Translations under genes and position numbers: made by a program
Shown here: positions 20,673 to 28,849 of the stretch, one piece after another
How positions within the stretch are numbered: the stretch's first letter is position 1
Layout: every line of letters begins with the position of its first letter
The notes under the pieces: model-generated
What the model saw: only the letters and a program-made list of their open reading frames with translations
Databases searched by the model: none
What the model was told of the DNA's origin: nothing
Source of the DNA: Spirochaetia bacterium
GTDB lineage: Bacteria; Spirochaetota; Spirochaetia; DSM-16054; Sediminispirochaetaceae
DNA: 64,000 nucleotides
Direction of reading: 5' to 3'
Assembly (NCBI GenBank): GCA_021736475.1
Contig: JAIPFV010000003.1
Span: 4,724 to 68,723 of the forward strand

Positions 20673-21841
20673 AGCAAGCGGCAATTTTACTGGTCGATGA
20701 CGAACCGGAAATTCTCAACTCGGTATATCGCAGTATACGCAAATGGAGCATCCAGGCGGGGCTCCATATTCTTACTGTCGAATCGGCCGAGGCTGCCGAG
20801 CAAATCGTACAAAGTGAAGATTGGGAAGTGCGGATAACCATCACCGATCAGCGTATGCCGGGCAAGCAGGGCGACGAGTTTGTAGTCAGGCTTAGGGAGA
20901 TAGAGCCGGATGCTGTTCCAATTGTACTGACCGGCTATACTGATGCGGCGGATATCGAAAAACTGCTCAACAGCGAGATTTTTGCCTATATTCTGAAACC
21001 TTGGAATACGGAGCGACTGATACTGGAACTTTCAAAAGCTTTGAAAATGTATCATTTGAAGGTACGGGAACGCAAAGCCCGACAACATATCGAACAGGAA
21101 CTGAAGATGGGAGCTCTTTTTCAAAAGGCTCTTCAGCACAATGTAGTAACACCGCGTAATAAGGATATCGATTTCTTTGTAGACGGTCAGTGTGCCTCGA
21201 AGCTTAATTTCAGTGGGGATTATTATGACATTATTGAGTTGGACAATAACCGATATCTGGCACTAGTCGGAGATGTCGCCGGGCACGGGCTTAACACTGC
21301 TTTTATGGGTGGAATTTTGAAGTCGATAATCTATCCGGAATTCATAAAACCCTTTCTTGCCAGTACATTTTCCCCATCTCGATTTCTGCATGGACTGAAC
21401 TCGAGAATATTAGCTATTACTGAGAATTTGCCTGACATGCTGGTTTCCTTTAGTGCAGCACTAATTGATGTTCGAACCAGGACACTTAACTACTCCAACG
21501 CGGGATTGCCGCCAGCAGTAGTAGTGCGAGATGGAAAGGTCTCCATTTTAGAAAATCGAACCATGCCATTGGGAACTTCACCGAAACTTCAGTTTGAAGA
21601 ACGTAAGTTTGTTTTGGAAAAAGGCGATTGCTGTGTGTTCTATACCGACGGACTGCATCCGAGCGGCAATAGCGGTGAAGGTTTTACGGAACAGAATCTT
21701 TTTAGCGTGTTCTCGAATGCATTCAGCAGCTGTCACTCGGACGCCAGGTGTCATGAAACCGTATTTGCCCATACTAAAAAGCTGCTGCATACCGATTCAT
21801 TTGAGGATGATGTAACTCTGCTCTCCTGTGTATTGAAATAA
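20669..21841 (+). CDS. Response regulator fused to PP2C/SpoIIE-type phosphatase (RsbU-like)
   Basis: REC 'ILLVDDEPEIL...ITDQRMPGKQG...ILKPW'; PP2C 'FSGDYYDIIELDNNRYLALVGDVAGHGLNTAF', 'FYTDGL'. Confidence 0.8.
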   Translation: MKQAAILLVDDEPEILNSVYRSIRKWSIQAGLHILTVESAEAAEQIVQSEDWEVRITITDQRMPGKQGDEFVVRLREIEPDAVPIVLTGYTDAADIEKLLNSEIFAYILKPWNTERLILELSKALKMYHLKVRERKARQHIEQELKMGALFQKALQHNVVTPRNKDIDFFVDGQCASKLNFSGDYYDIIELDNNRYLALVGDVAGHGLNTAFMGGILKSIIYPEFIKPFLASTFSPSRFLHGLNSRILAITENLPDMLVSFSAALIDVRTRTLNYSNAGLPPAVVVRDGKVSILENRTMPLGTSPKLQFEERKFVLEKGDCCVFYTDGLHPSGNSGEGFTEQNLFSVFSNAFSSCHSDARCHETVFAHTKKLLHTDSFEDDVTLLSCVLK

Positions 21842-21844
21842 CAG

Positions 21845-23059
21845 TTAGGAGGCCCGCGGAAGACGCACTGTAAAACAGGTCGACTCTTGATCAGAGTGCA
21901 GAAAGATGTATCCTCCGAAGGAGTTAATTATTACCTGATGTACGGCAGTCAGGCCCAAACCGGTTCCCTGTCCGACCTCTTTTGTAGTAAAAAACGGATC
22001 GAATACTCTGTTCTGATGCTCTTTAGGAATAGCCGGGCCGTTGTTGATAATATCGCAATACACCCAGGTTTCATCTGATCTGGTGTGGATCCTCACTACC
22101 CCGGATTCTGATTTCTCAGCCGCTTCGATGGCATTGAAAAGCAGATTGTTGAACGCCTGAACCAGTTCCTTCATCGGGCCTTTTACAGGCGGTAACGAAT
22201 GGATATTTGTTTTCAGTCGAAGCGAGTCTCTTTCTGCTGCTCGGGTCAGCACGAGAGCTGTATGCAGAGCCTCGTCAACCAAAATTTCACCGTGTTTTTC
22301 TGTTTTTGGAGTTGTGAATATGCTTAAACTTCGAATAATTTCACTCATACGGGAAATTCCTGATTCCGTTTCCCGCCACAGCTCTTTTACATCACTATAA
22401 ATTTCTTCAATTCCATATTGTTCTTTCAATTTACCTATTGTTTCAGCATGTGCGGACATATCGCCCGCTTTCTTCTGTAGTAGTCCTTCGAGGGATTTTA
22501 TGTATTTCTCGAGTTCTTCGAAGTACTCTATACAGGTTTTTAGATTACCCTTTAGGAAACTGAGCGGATTATTCATCTCATGGGCCAGCCCGGCTGCCAG
22601 TGTACCAAGCGAGGCCATATTCTTCTCCTGAGCTAACTGACTGTGCATAGCGTGCAGCTTGGCATTTAAGTCCATAAGCTCCATATTTGTACTCATGATC
22701 TCGCCCTCAAGACGGACCCGCTGGGAGATATCGCGACCAATAATAGTTATTTTGTTCTTATCTGTGATGTGGCTGCTTTCAATTGCTACCGCTTGGTTAC
22801 CATCAATAGTCTTGTACATCACCTCGAATTCCCGTACTTCCGTTTCTTTGTAGAGACGTTCTACTAATACGCGCCAATCTTCAGGATAGCGGTAGAAGTT
22901 GACCAACTGTTTGCCTTGCAGTTGTTCGGCTGAATCGAGACCCAGAAAGATAGCTGCATTCTGGTTACAGTGGATTACAACACTCTCGGGATTTACAATG
23001 AAAACTGGTATTGGTAACCACTTGAGCCATTCAGAAAAATAAGCTGCTGAGTTTATCAC
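21845..23059 (-). CDS. Cytoplasmic PAS-domain sensor histidine kinase
   Basis: PAS region, H-box 'LAAGLAHEMNNPLSFL', 'NNGPAIP', 'GQGTGLGLTAVHQVI'; GTG start abuts the STAS gene stop. Confidence 0.88.
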   Translation of the reverse strand: MINSAAYFSEWLKWLPIPVFIVNPESVVIHCNQNAAIFLGLDSAEQLQGKQLVNFYRYPEDWRVLVERLYKETEVREFEVMYKTIDGNQAVAIESSHITDKNKITIIGRDISQRVRLEGEIMSTNMELMDLNAKLHAMHSQLAQEKNMASLGTLAAGLAHEMNNPLSFLKGNLKTCIEYFEELEKYIKSLEGLLQKKAGDMSAHAETIGKLKEQYGIEEIYSDVKELWRETESGISRMSEIIRSLSIFTTPKTEKHGEILVDEALHTALVLTRAAERDSLRLKTNIHSLPPVKGPMKELVQAFNNLLFNAIEAAEKSESGVVRIHTRSDETWVYCDIINNGPAIPKEHQNRVFDPFFTTKEVGQGTGLGLTAVHQVIINSFGGYIFLHSDQESTCFTVRLPRAS

Positions 23060-23464
23060 TTAATCTGCATCCTTCATCTCGTTATTCGTGCCATCGAGAA
23101 TTGGAAAATGCTTTAGAAACCCCAGCAGTGCAAGCACATCGGTTACTTTGTGCGGTACCTGGCTCAGGAAGAAATCAATACCTTTTGTTCTACATTTAAT
23201 AAGAATTGAGGTAAAACTTCCCACTCCGGTGGAGGAGATATAATCAATATTCCGGCAATTTACTACTATCCGTTCGGGCTGGTGATCGAGCTCATCGATT
23301 ACTTCGAACAGGCTAATAAACTCGTAGCTGTTGCGGGTGTCGAGGTCACCATTCAGGAACAAGGTAAGTGTGATAATCTGAGTTTCAGATGTTTCGTAGG
23401 CTATCGAAAGCCGGTTGTGTTGGGAATTGAATTGTTGTATCTCTTTTTCGAGTATATTGTTCAT
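23060..23464 (-). CDS. STAS-domain protein (anti-sigma-factor antagonist/SpoIIAA-like)
   Basis: 'LNGDLDTRNSYEF...VVNCRNIDYISSTGVGSF...IDFFLSQVPHKVTDVLALLGF'; start at ATG 23464 ('MNNILEKE') preferred over 23518. Confidence 0.75.
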   Translation of the reverse strand: MNNILEKEIQQFNSQHNRLSIAYETSETQIITLTLFLNGDLDTRNSYEFISLFEVIDELDHQPERIVVNCRNIDYISSTGVGSFTSILIKCRTKGIDFFLSQVPHKVTDVLALLGFLKHFPILDGTNNEMKDAD

Positions 23465-23796
23465 GGAATCCCTTATTATTTGTCTTCTTATTTTAAGGTG
23501 AAAAAAAAAAGACTGCAAGTAGTTTGCTGTTTAATCTAATAGTAGGTTGAATAGTATCCGTAATTAAGCTTGTCCTCCATGCCGAAAGCAAAAAAGGGCG
23601 TCTGGACCGTCACAATTCGGGCAAAATAAGTACTTGCGATTTTAAAGACTATGCGAGCCGGCGACTTGCAAAATAAAAGCCGGTTGAGTGAGACTATCAG
23701 AAAATTGCGGCCGTAAAGGCTTGAATCAGGTCTAAAAAAGGCCCATTGCACGGCAAATAACTCTTAAAAATATAAAAAGAGGGACATGTGCGGTTT

Positions 23797-23811
23797 TGGC
23801 ACGAAGCCTGC
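23797..23811 (+). promoter_or_regulatory. Sigma-54 promoter candidate TGGCAC-N5-CTGC
   Basis: 'TGGCACGAAGCCTGC' lies about 245 nt upstream of the REC-GAF gene; the -12 element is CTGC rather than TTGC. Confidence 0.45.
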
Positions 23812-24054
23812 ATTATATAATTTCAGAGGAAGTAGTTTTCCATCGACTTACCCCCCCGTGCGGACGAAGTTGGCGGAACAGCATCCGCTACGGGCGGGGT
23901 TTTTAAAAGGTAGAACGAAGGCGGAGGACGAAAGTTTTGGTGTACGCAGGCTCAATAAGCTCTTGTATGCTGTGAATGCCGGATTGCCCGAAGACGGTAT
24001 TTTAGTGACCAGCTACCGGTACGGATATTATCATGAGAAAGGAAAGGGGGAGAG

Positions 24055-26040
24055 ATGTTTTCACAAAAAAATCCTTATCAGGTTCTGGTTGTAGATGACG
24101 AGAAGGAGACCCTGCTCAGTATTCAGCGGGTGCTGCGTACAGAACCACAGATAGAGGTGCAAACCGCTGCCTCAGCCGACGATGCCTTCAGCGTGCTGAA
24201 AAAACGGCCTATACATGCCTTGCTGGTTGACTGGAGAATGCCGGGCGTTAACGGCGACGAGCTGTTGCGGCGGCTAAAACGGACTTATCCCAGCATTCCG
24301 GCCTGCATGTTAAGTGCCTGCGTCGACCCCCGAACGCTGGATAAAGTGCATAACGAAGGGCTTGTTATCGAATATCTGGCCAAGCCTTTCACGAACGATG
24401 AGCTGCGCAACACTGTCCGCCGTCTGGTCGGCGGGAGTGCAGGCAGCGCAAATAGAAGAGCCGGCGGCGCTGGCGCGGCAGCCGGTATCGATGCTCATGC
24501 CGGAGCCGATGTCAGCACTGGGGCTGCACAAGTCCAGAAGGGTGCTGCCGAGGTTGCGGTAATGCCTCGTGAAGTATACCCCGACCAAGCCCTGAAGTAT
24601 ATGCTGCATGATTCGTTGACGGCCCTCAATGCCGATTCCGGAACCGTGTATGCCGTGGAGGCGAAGCATGAAGGCGGATACGTGCTGGCGTCGTGTGTTA
24701 CGATCAACAGTTCCATTACCATAGACTTTAAGGCCCGTGAGGTGGCGCTGGACACTACCAGCATTCCCGGTTATGTGGCGCTTACCGGCCGGGCGCTTGC
24801 AATTCCCGATGTGTATGATATCGGCACCGATAAAAGTTATTCCTTTGATACCTACATCGACACTATCTACGGCTACCGTACAAAATCGATGCTCTGCATG
24901 CCGATTTTCGATAAAAATGAAATGGTGATCGGGCTCATCGAGGTTGTGAACCGTAAAAACGGTCAGGCCGTATTGGACAGCTACCGGCAGGTTCAGCAAT
25001 ACGTAAAGGCTTTTGACCGCTGGGCGTATTTCGACTTGCGGTCGATTGTCCGTATGGAGTCCTTCGTGCTCGAAAAACAACGGAATAACCGCTTTATACA
25101 TCGGCAGATGGGCGGTTACCAGGCCCCGCTGGTAGCCCTGCTGGCCGAGAGCAACACCGACGCGGCAATTCACGCGGAAAAGGTGGGACAGGTTGCCGCG
25201 GTTATTGCAGCGGGAATCGACAGTACGACGAATTGGCCGTTTGCATCGGAATTCTTTTCCGGGGAGCGCACAGATTTCGTGCGTAGTCTGGCGGTTATGA
25301 AGGAACTCGGAAAAATGTTTCTGCAGAACTCAGTGGTCAGGAAACGGAGCAAGTTGCTGACGCATCAGCGCCGGCAGCTTGATCTGCACATCAATTATGC
25401 CCAGAAGAGCATAGACATCAAGTTTATGAAGCGGGAACGGAATGTGGCTTTGCGGGTGTCCGACGATCAGCAGCGGCGTATGTACCTGTCGGAAATTGCC
25501 GATGAGCGCAATGCGGTGGTGAACAATATTCAAAGGGCCCGGTTAGTCCTGTTTTCGGCAATAGGGGTGCAGAACAGCCCCGGACGGGAACAGATTATGA
25601 ATGCAATAAAAACCCTCAACGAACTTGATCTCTCTGAAACCGGCGAGAACGGCTTAAAAGTGGTGCCCGATTATATTGCAGCCGAACTGCTGAACAACAA
25701 TAAGAGTATCGGAGCGCTGAACCAAAGGCTCGAAACACAAACTCCTATATTTGTATACGAGTCTCTCAACCGGCAGATGCAGAGCGGGAATACTCAGAGT
25801 GAGCAGCCGGATAGGCTTGAAGAACAGATTGTGTTAGTGGCCGAAAAGTTTGTGGTTATAAATTCGGTTCATAGTACGGCCTGCAGGCCGGGCGGACAGT
25901 CTTCCTATAGTAAGGCAATCCTGAAAATCATCAAGACACTCCGCGAGGATGCCCGGAACGGCTTGCTGAACGCTAATATTGTAGATGTGCTGTCGGAGGC
26001 TTTGCTGGATGGCACTATACGGCTTGATCTCTACACCTAA
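24055..26040 (+). CDS. Response regulator with GAF domain and a degenerate HD-GYP-like C-terminal region
   Basis: REC 'VLVVDDEKETL...LVDWRMPGVNG...YLAKPF'; Ala/Gly linker; GAF-like 'SIPGYVALTGRALAIPDVYD...SMLCMPIFD'; then 'IHAEKVGQVAAVIA' and 'MKELGKMF' where HD-GYP proteins have H..RV and HDIGK. Confidence 0.7.
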   Translation: MFSQKNPYQVLVVDDEKETLLSIQRVLRTEPQIEVQTAASADDAFSVLKKRPIHALLVDWRMPGVNGDELLRRLKRTYPSIPACMLSACVDPRTLDKVHNEGLVIEYLAKPFTNDELRNTVRRLVGGSAGSANRRAGGAGAAAGIDAHAGADVSTGAAQVQKGAAEVAVMPREVYPDQALKYMLHDSLTALNADSGTVYAVEAKHEGGYVLASCVTINSSITIDFKAREVALDTTSIPGYVALTGRALAIPDVYDIGTDKSYSFDTYIDTIYGYRTKSMLCMPIFDKNEMVIGLIEVVNRKNGQAVLDSYRQVQQYVKAFDRWAYFDLRSIVRMESFVLEKQRNNRFIHRQMGGYQAPLVALLAESNTDAAIHAEKVGQVAAVIAAGIDSTTNWPFASEFFSGERTDFVRSLAVMKELGKMFLQNSVVRKRSKLLTHQRRQLDLHINYAQKSIDIKFMKRERNVALRVSDDQQRRMYLSEIADERNAVVNNIQRARLVLFSAIGVQNSPGREQIMNAIKTLNELDLSETGENGLKVVPDYIAAELLNNNKSIGALNQRLETQTPIFVYESLNRQMQSGNTQSEQPDRLEEQIVLVAEKFVVINSVHSTACRPGGQSSYSKAILKIIKTLREDARNGLLNANIVDVLSEALLDGTIRLDLYT

Positions 26041-26063
26041 ACAAGGGGGTAACCAGGCTGCCT

Positions 26064-27440
26064 TTATTCGGGGTTGAAGTCCAGCCGTTTGAGCTTGCGG
26101 TGCAGAGTGGCCTCGGCAATCCCCAGCAGCTTGGCGGCTTGTTTCTTGTTGCCCCAGGTCTGATCGAGGGCCCGCTGGATTGCCTGCTGTTCATAGCTCT
26201 CGATCGAAAATTCATCGGATCGTCTTTCGGTAACTGCCGGCGAGTTGCGGACCGCCTCGGGAAGATCGATCATCTGGATTTGGGGCGGCTCGGCAAAGAC
26301 GATTGCCCGGCGAACAACGTTCTGCAGTTCGCGTACATTTCCTGGCCAGGCATACTGCAGCAGTCGTGTCATTGCGGAATCTTCAATTCTGGTTACTTCC
26401 GGGGAATCAGTCAGGTGAAGTGAAAGAAAGTGCTTGAGCAGCGGTTCTATATCTTCAGTTCTCTCTCTGAGCGCCGGTACGTTGATGGTAATGGTATTGA
26501 ACCGGTAGTACAGGTCTTCACGGAATTCGCCCTGTTCGACGGCTTGCTGCAGGTTGCGGTTGGTGGCAGCCAGTATACGTATGTTTACTGAAACCGGTGT
26601 AGTGGCACCGATTGGTCGCACCTCCTGCTCCTGTACCAGCCGCAGCAGTTTGGTTTGCAGTGCCAGCGGCAGCTCGCCGATTTCATCGAAAAAAACTGTA
26701 CCGCCGTCGGCCTCTTGGATTAGACCGTTGTGTGAATGAGTGGCGCCGGTAAATGAGCCTTTCCGGTATCCGAACAGTTCGCTTTCGATGACCGAACCGT
26801 TGATGGCCCCGCAGTCTACCACTGTAAAGGGGTTGTCCTTGCGTTCGCTATGGGCGTGGATCGCGCGAGCCACCAGCTCTTTGCCGGTGCCGGTTTCGCC
26901 CTGAATAAGCACATTCATGTCGGTGTGTCCCACGTTTACGATAGTTTTCTTGAGCCTGAGCATTGGCTCCGAGTTGCCTATTAGTCCGTCAAAGTGAAAA
27001 TGCTCGTTTGTCCGCCGCCGCAGGTCGGACATTTCCTGCTCCAGCTCCCACGTACGTTTTACCTGCGACACTTTGTTTACCAGCAGTTCGTTAGTAATCG
27101 GTTTTTCAATCAGATCTTTGGCTCCCTGTTTTATGGCCTTTACCGCGTCTCGGATGGTTGCGCGTCCGGTGACCATATATACTGGAATACCGGGATTGCG
27201 ATGCTGTATCATCTCCAGAACCTGGTGGCCATTGCAGCGGGGCATGCAGAGGTCAAGCAGAATGAGGTCCGGCGGAGTGTCGTTCAGTGCTCCGAGGGCT
27301 TGCTTGGCATCCTGGAAACACCTCAGGTTGTCTACTATCTTTCTAAGAGTGCGTTTATATACACTCAGACTTTCTTCTTCGTCATCAATACAGAATACGG
27401 TGAATCCGCTGTATATGTTTTCATTGCTTTTTTCTTTCAT
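26064..27440 (-). CDS. Sigma-54-dependent response regulator (NtrC family EBP)
   Basis: REC 'VFCIDDEEE...[11 protein letters not shown]'; '[17 protein letters not shown]', '[15 protein letters not shown]', '[12 protein letters not shown]'; HTH '[21 protein letters not shown]'. Confidence 0.92.
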   Translation of the reverse strand: MKEKSNENIYSGFTVFCIDDEEESLSVYKRTLRKIVDNLRCFQDAKQALGALNDTPPDLILLDLCMPRCNGHQVLEMIQHRNPGIPVYMVTGRATIRDAVKAIKQGAKDLIEKPITNELLVNKVSQVKRTWELEQEMSDLRRRTNEHFHFDGLIGNSEPMLRLKKTIVNVGHTDMNVLIQGETGTGKELVARAIHAHSERKDNPFTVVDCGAINGSVIESELFGYRKGSFTGATHSHNGLIQEADGGTVFFDEIGELPLALQTKLLRLVQEQEVRPIGATTPVSVNIRILAATNRNLQQAVEQGEFREDLYYRFNTITINVPALRERTEDIEPLLKHFLSLHLTDSPEVTRIEDSAMTRLLQYAWPGNVRELQNVVRRAIVFAEPPQIQMIDLPEAVRNSPAVTERRSDEFSIESYEQQAIQRALDQTWGNKKQAAKLLGIAEATLHRKLKRLDFNPE

Positions 27441-27643
27441 AGTAAGACAATACCCCTGCTAATAACATTAATCAAGATGATTTTTGTTTAAAGAAAACAG
27501 TATTCATTTAGCGGAACAGCTGTAGTATGAGGTTCGAGGAGATGAATGTTACCTTTGAATCCCTCCTATATGAGGTCGTGATTATCCACGCAGTCAGTCG
27601 GTAAGATTCCTTCCACTTTCTCCCCATCTGTTTCCGATCACGG

Positions 27644-27700
27644 CGTACATTGTCCGTACAGTGTCCGAAAACGCGACTCCTACTGTACGATTACCGTACA
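27644..27700. promoter_or_regulatory. Candidate EBP upstream activating sites (CGTACA repeats; palindrome TGTACG-N5-CGTACA)
   Basis: CGTACA at 27644 and 27655 (11-nt phasing: CGTACATTGTC/CGTACAGTGTC) and the perfect palindrome TGTACGATTACCGTACA at 27684-27700, about 170-220 nt upstream of the sigma-54 promoter at 27867. Confidence 0.35.
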
Positions 27701-27866
27701 CCCGAGGCGTCCTTCCGGCGCTTGGGCGTGTCGTCTTATACTGTACCACCCACTGGAAGTGTACTCTCGCAAGAATTATATTGCGGAGATAAATTGTTTA
27801 TGTATAATAAATTGAAAACATCTTTGTACAGGCTTAGTCTAAAAATTAGCCTGCGAAACGGAAACT

Positions 27867-27881
27867 TGGCACGTTACTTGC
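27867..27881 (+). promoter_or_regulatory. Sigma-54 promoter TGGCAC-N5-TTGC
   Basis: 'CTTGGCACGTTACTTGCT'; perfect -24 GG / -12 GC elements and spacing; about 195 nt upstream of ATG 28076. Confidence 0.7.
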
Positions 27882-28075
27882 TAAATATTGGGTACATTGG
27901 ATCTTTGAAACAGTACCAGGGACGGAATACAGCGGAACAAAGAATTGCAGAATCGGCGGCATTCGAAAGGCAATTCCCGAATGTTATTCGGGAGTAAAAA
28001 AAAGGAGCCTACCGAACGGTAGAACTCCCTATCACAACTTTTATAAATTTACTGCATTGTATGGAGGATGTCAAT

Positions 28076-28636
28076 ATGAAGATTCGAATAATTCACATAG
28101 CTCTCGTAGTTCTTTTCGTGTTCAGCTCTGTGGTCGTTGGGTTTGCAGACCCGCCTTCTTCGCTTAGCACCGAGGATTCGATCACTACCGATATCAGTCT
28201 GAGTGTCGAGCCGCAGATCATCGCCCACAAGGGATCTGACATCGTTATGAGCGTGCCTGCCCTCGATGCCTCCTCAGAAGAAGATGAGGGTGGAGCTCTG
28301 GCCTTTGGGTCGGGAAGCATCGGCTACTTTGACAGCAACGCACCGACGACCTTCTCCTTCGAGGCGAACGCGCTGAGCAACAGTGAAAGCGATGGCGACG
28401 ACGTGATGACCACCCGCTACGCGGCGAACTTCTCCGGCTACGACGGAAAAGAGGACGAAGGGTACGCGAGTGGTGACGTGAACAGCGCAAATCTCGATGA
28501 CCTTGACGGGTCTGTAAACATCACTCCCCGCAGCGGACGTATCGACGTAGCGCTCGATGTGGAAGCCGACGTGGAGTGGGGTGACGATGCAGGGCTTTAC
28601 GGCTCGCAGTTCGTCATGACCGCCACAGTCAACTAA
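28076..28636 (+). CDS. Sec-exported protein, paralogue A of an unrecognised family (candidate major structural subunit)
   Basis: GGAGGA RBS; signal peptide 'MKIRIIHIALVVLFVFSSVVVGFA'; shares 'G.G.(I/L)GYFDSN', 'TRY', 'D(V/I)EADV(E/D)W...Y...FV(M/L)TAT' blocks with 30533-31657 and 31662-32420. Confidence 0.75.
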   Translation: MKIRIIHIALVVLFVFSSVVVGFADPPSSLSTEDSITTDISLSVEPQIIAHKGSDIVMSVPALDASSEEDEGGALAFGSGSIGYFDSNAPTTFSFEANALSNSESDGDDVMTTRYAANFSGYDGKEDEGYASGDVNSANLDDLDGSVNITPRSGRIDVALDVEADVEWGDDAGLYGSQFVMTATVN

Positions 28637-28796
28637 GAGGTAGAGAGAAAGCATTTAGCTAAAAACGGACAGAGAGGAGGGGCCCGGGCCCATGCCGACC
28701 CGGGACTCCTCGAACCGATGCCGCCGACTGCAGTGGGGTTCCGTAGTTCGTTCCCATAAGGTACCTGGTAAAATGAGAAGAGCAAGAAGAGCGAAA

Positions 28797-28828
28797 GGCG
28801 CCCCTCAACGTGGGCGCCAATCGTTTTT
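28797..28828 (+). terminator. Rho-independent terminator candidate after paralogue A
   Basis: GGCGCCC-ctcaacgt-GGGCGCC (7-bp all-GC stem) followed by aatcgTTTTT. Confidence 0.5.
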
Positions 28829-28849
28829 CGTAGTGAGGAGAAAACACAC

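Noticed and set aside
23668-23682. Weak minus-strand sigma-54-like motif (CGGCTT-N5-TTGC) upstream of the STAS gene
   Set aside because: Only the GG and GC dinucleotides and the spacing match. The -24 hexamer is poor, so it could easily occur by chance in AT-rich DNA.
27650-27997. 115-aa ORF in the intergenic region upstream of paralogue A
   Set aside because: It spans the candidate enhancer repeats and the sigma-54 promoter, has no RBS and has no coding-like composition. I treat it as regulatory DNA.
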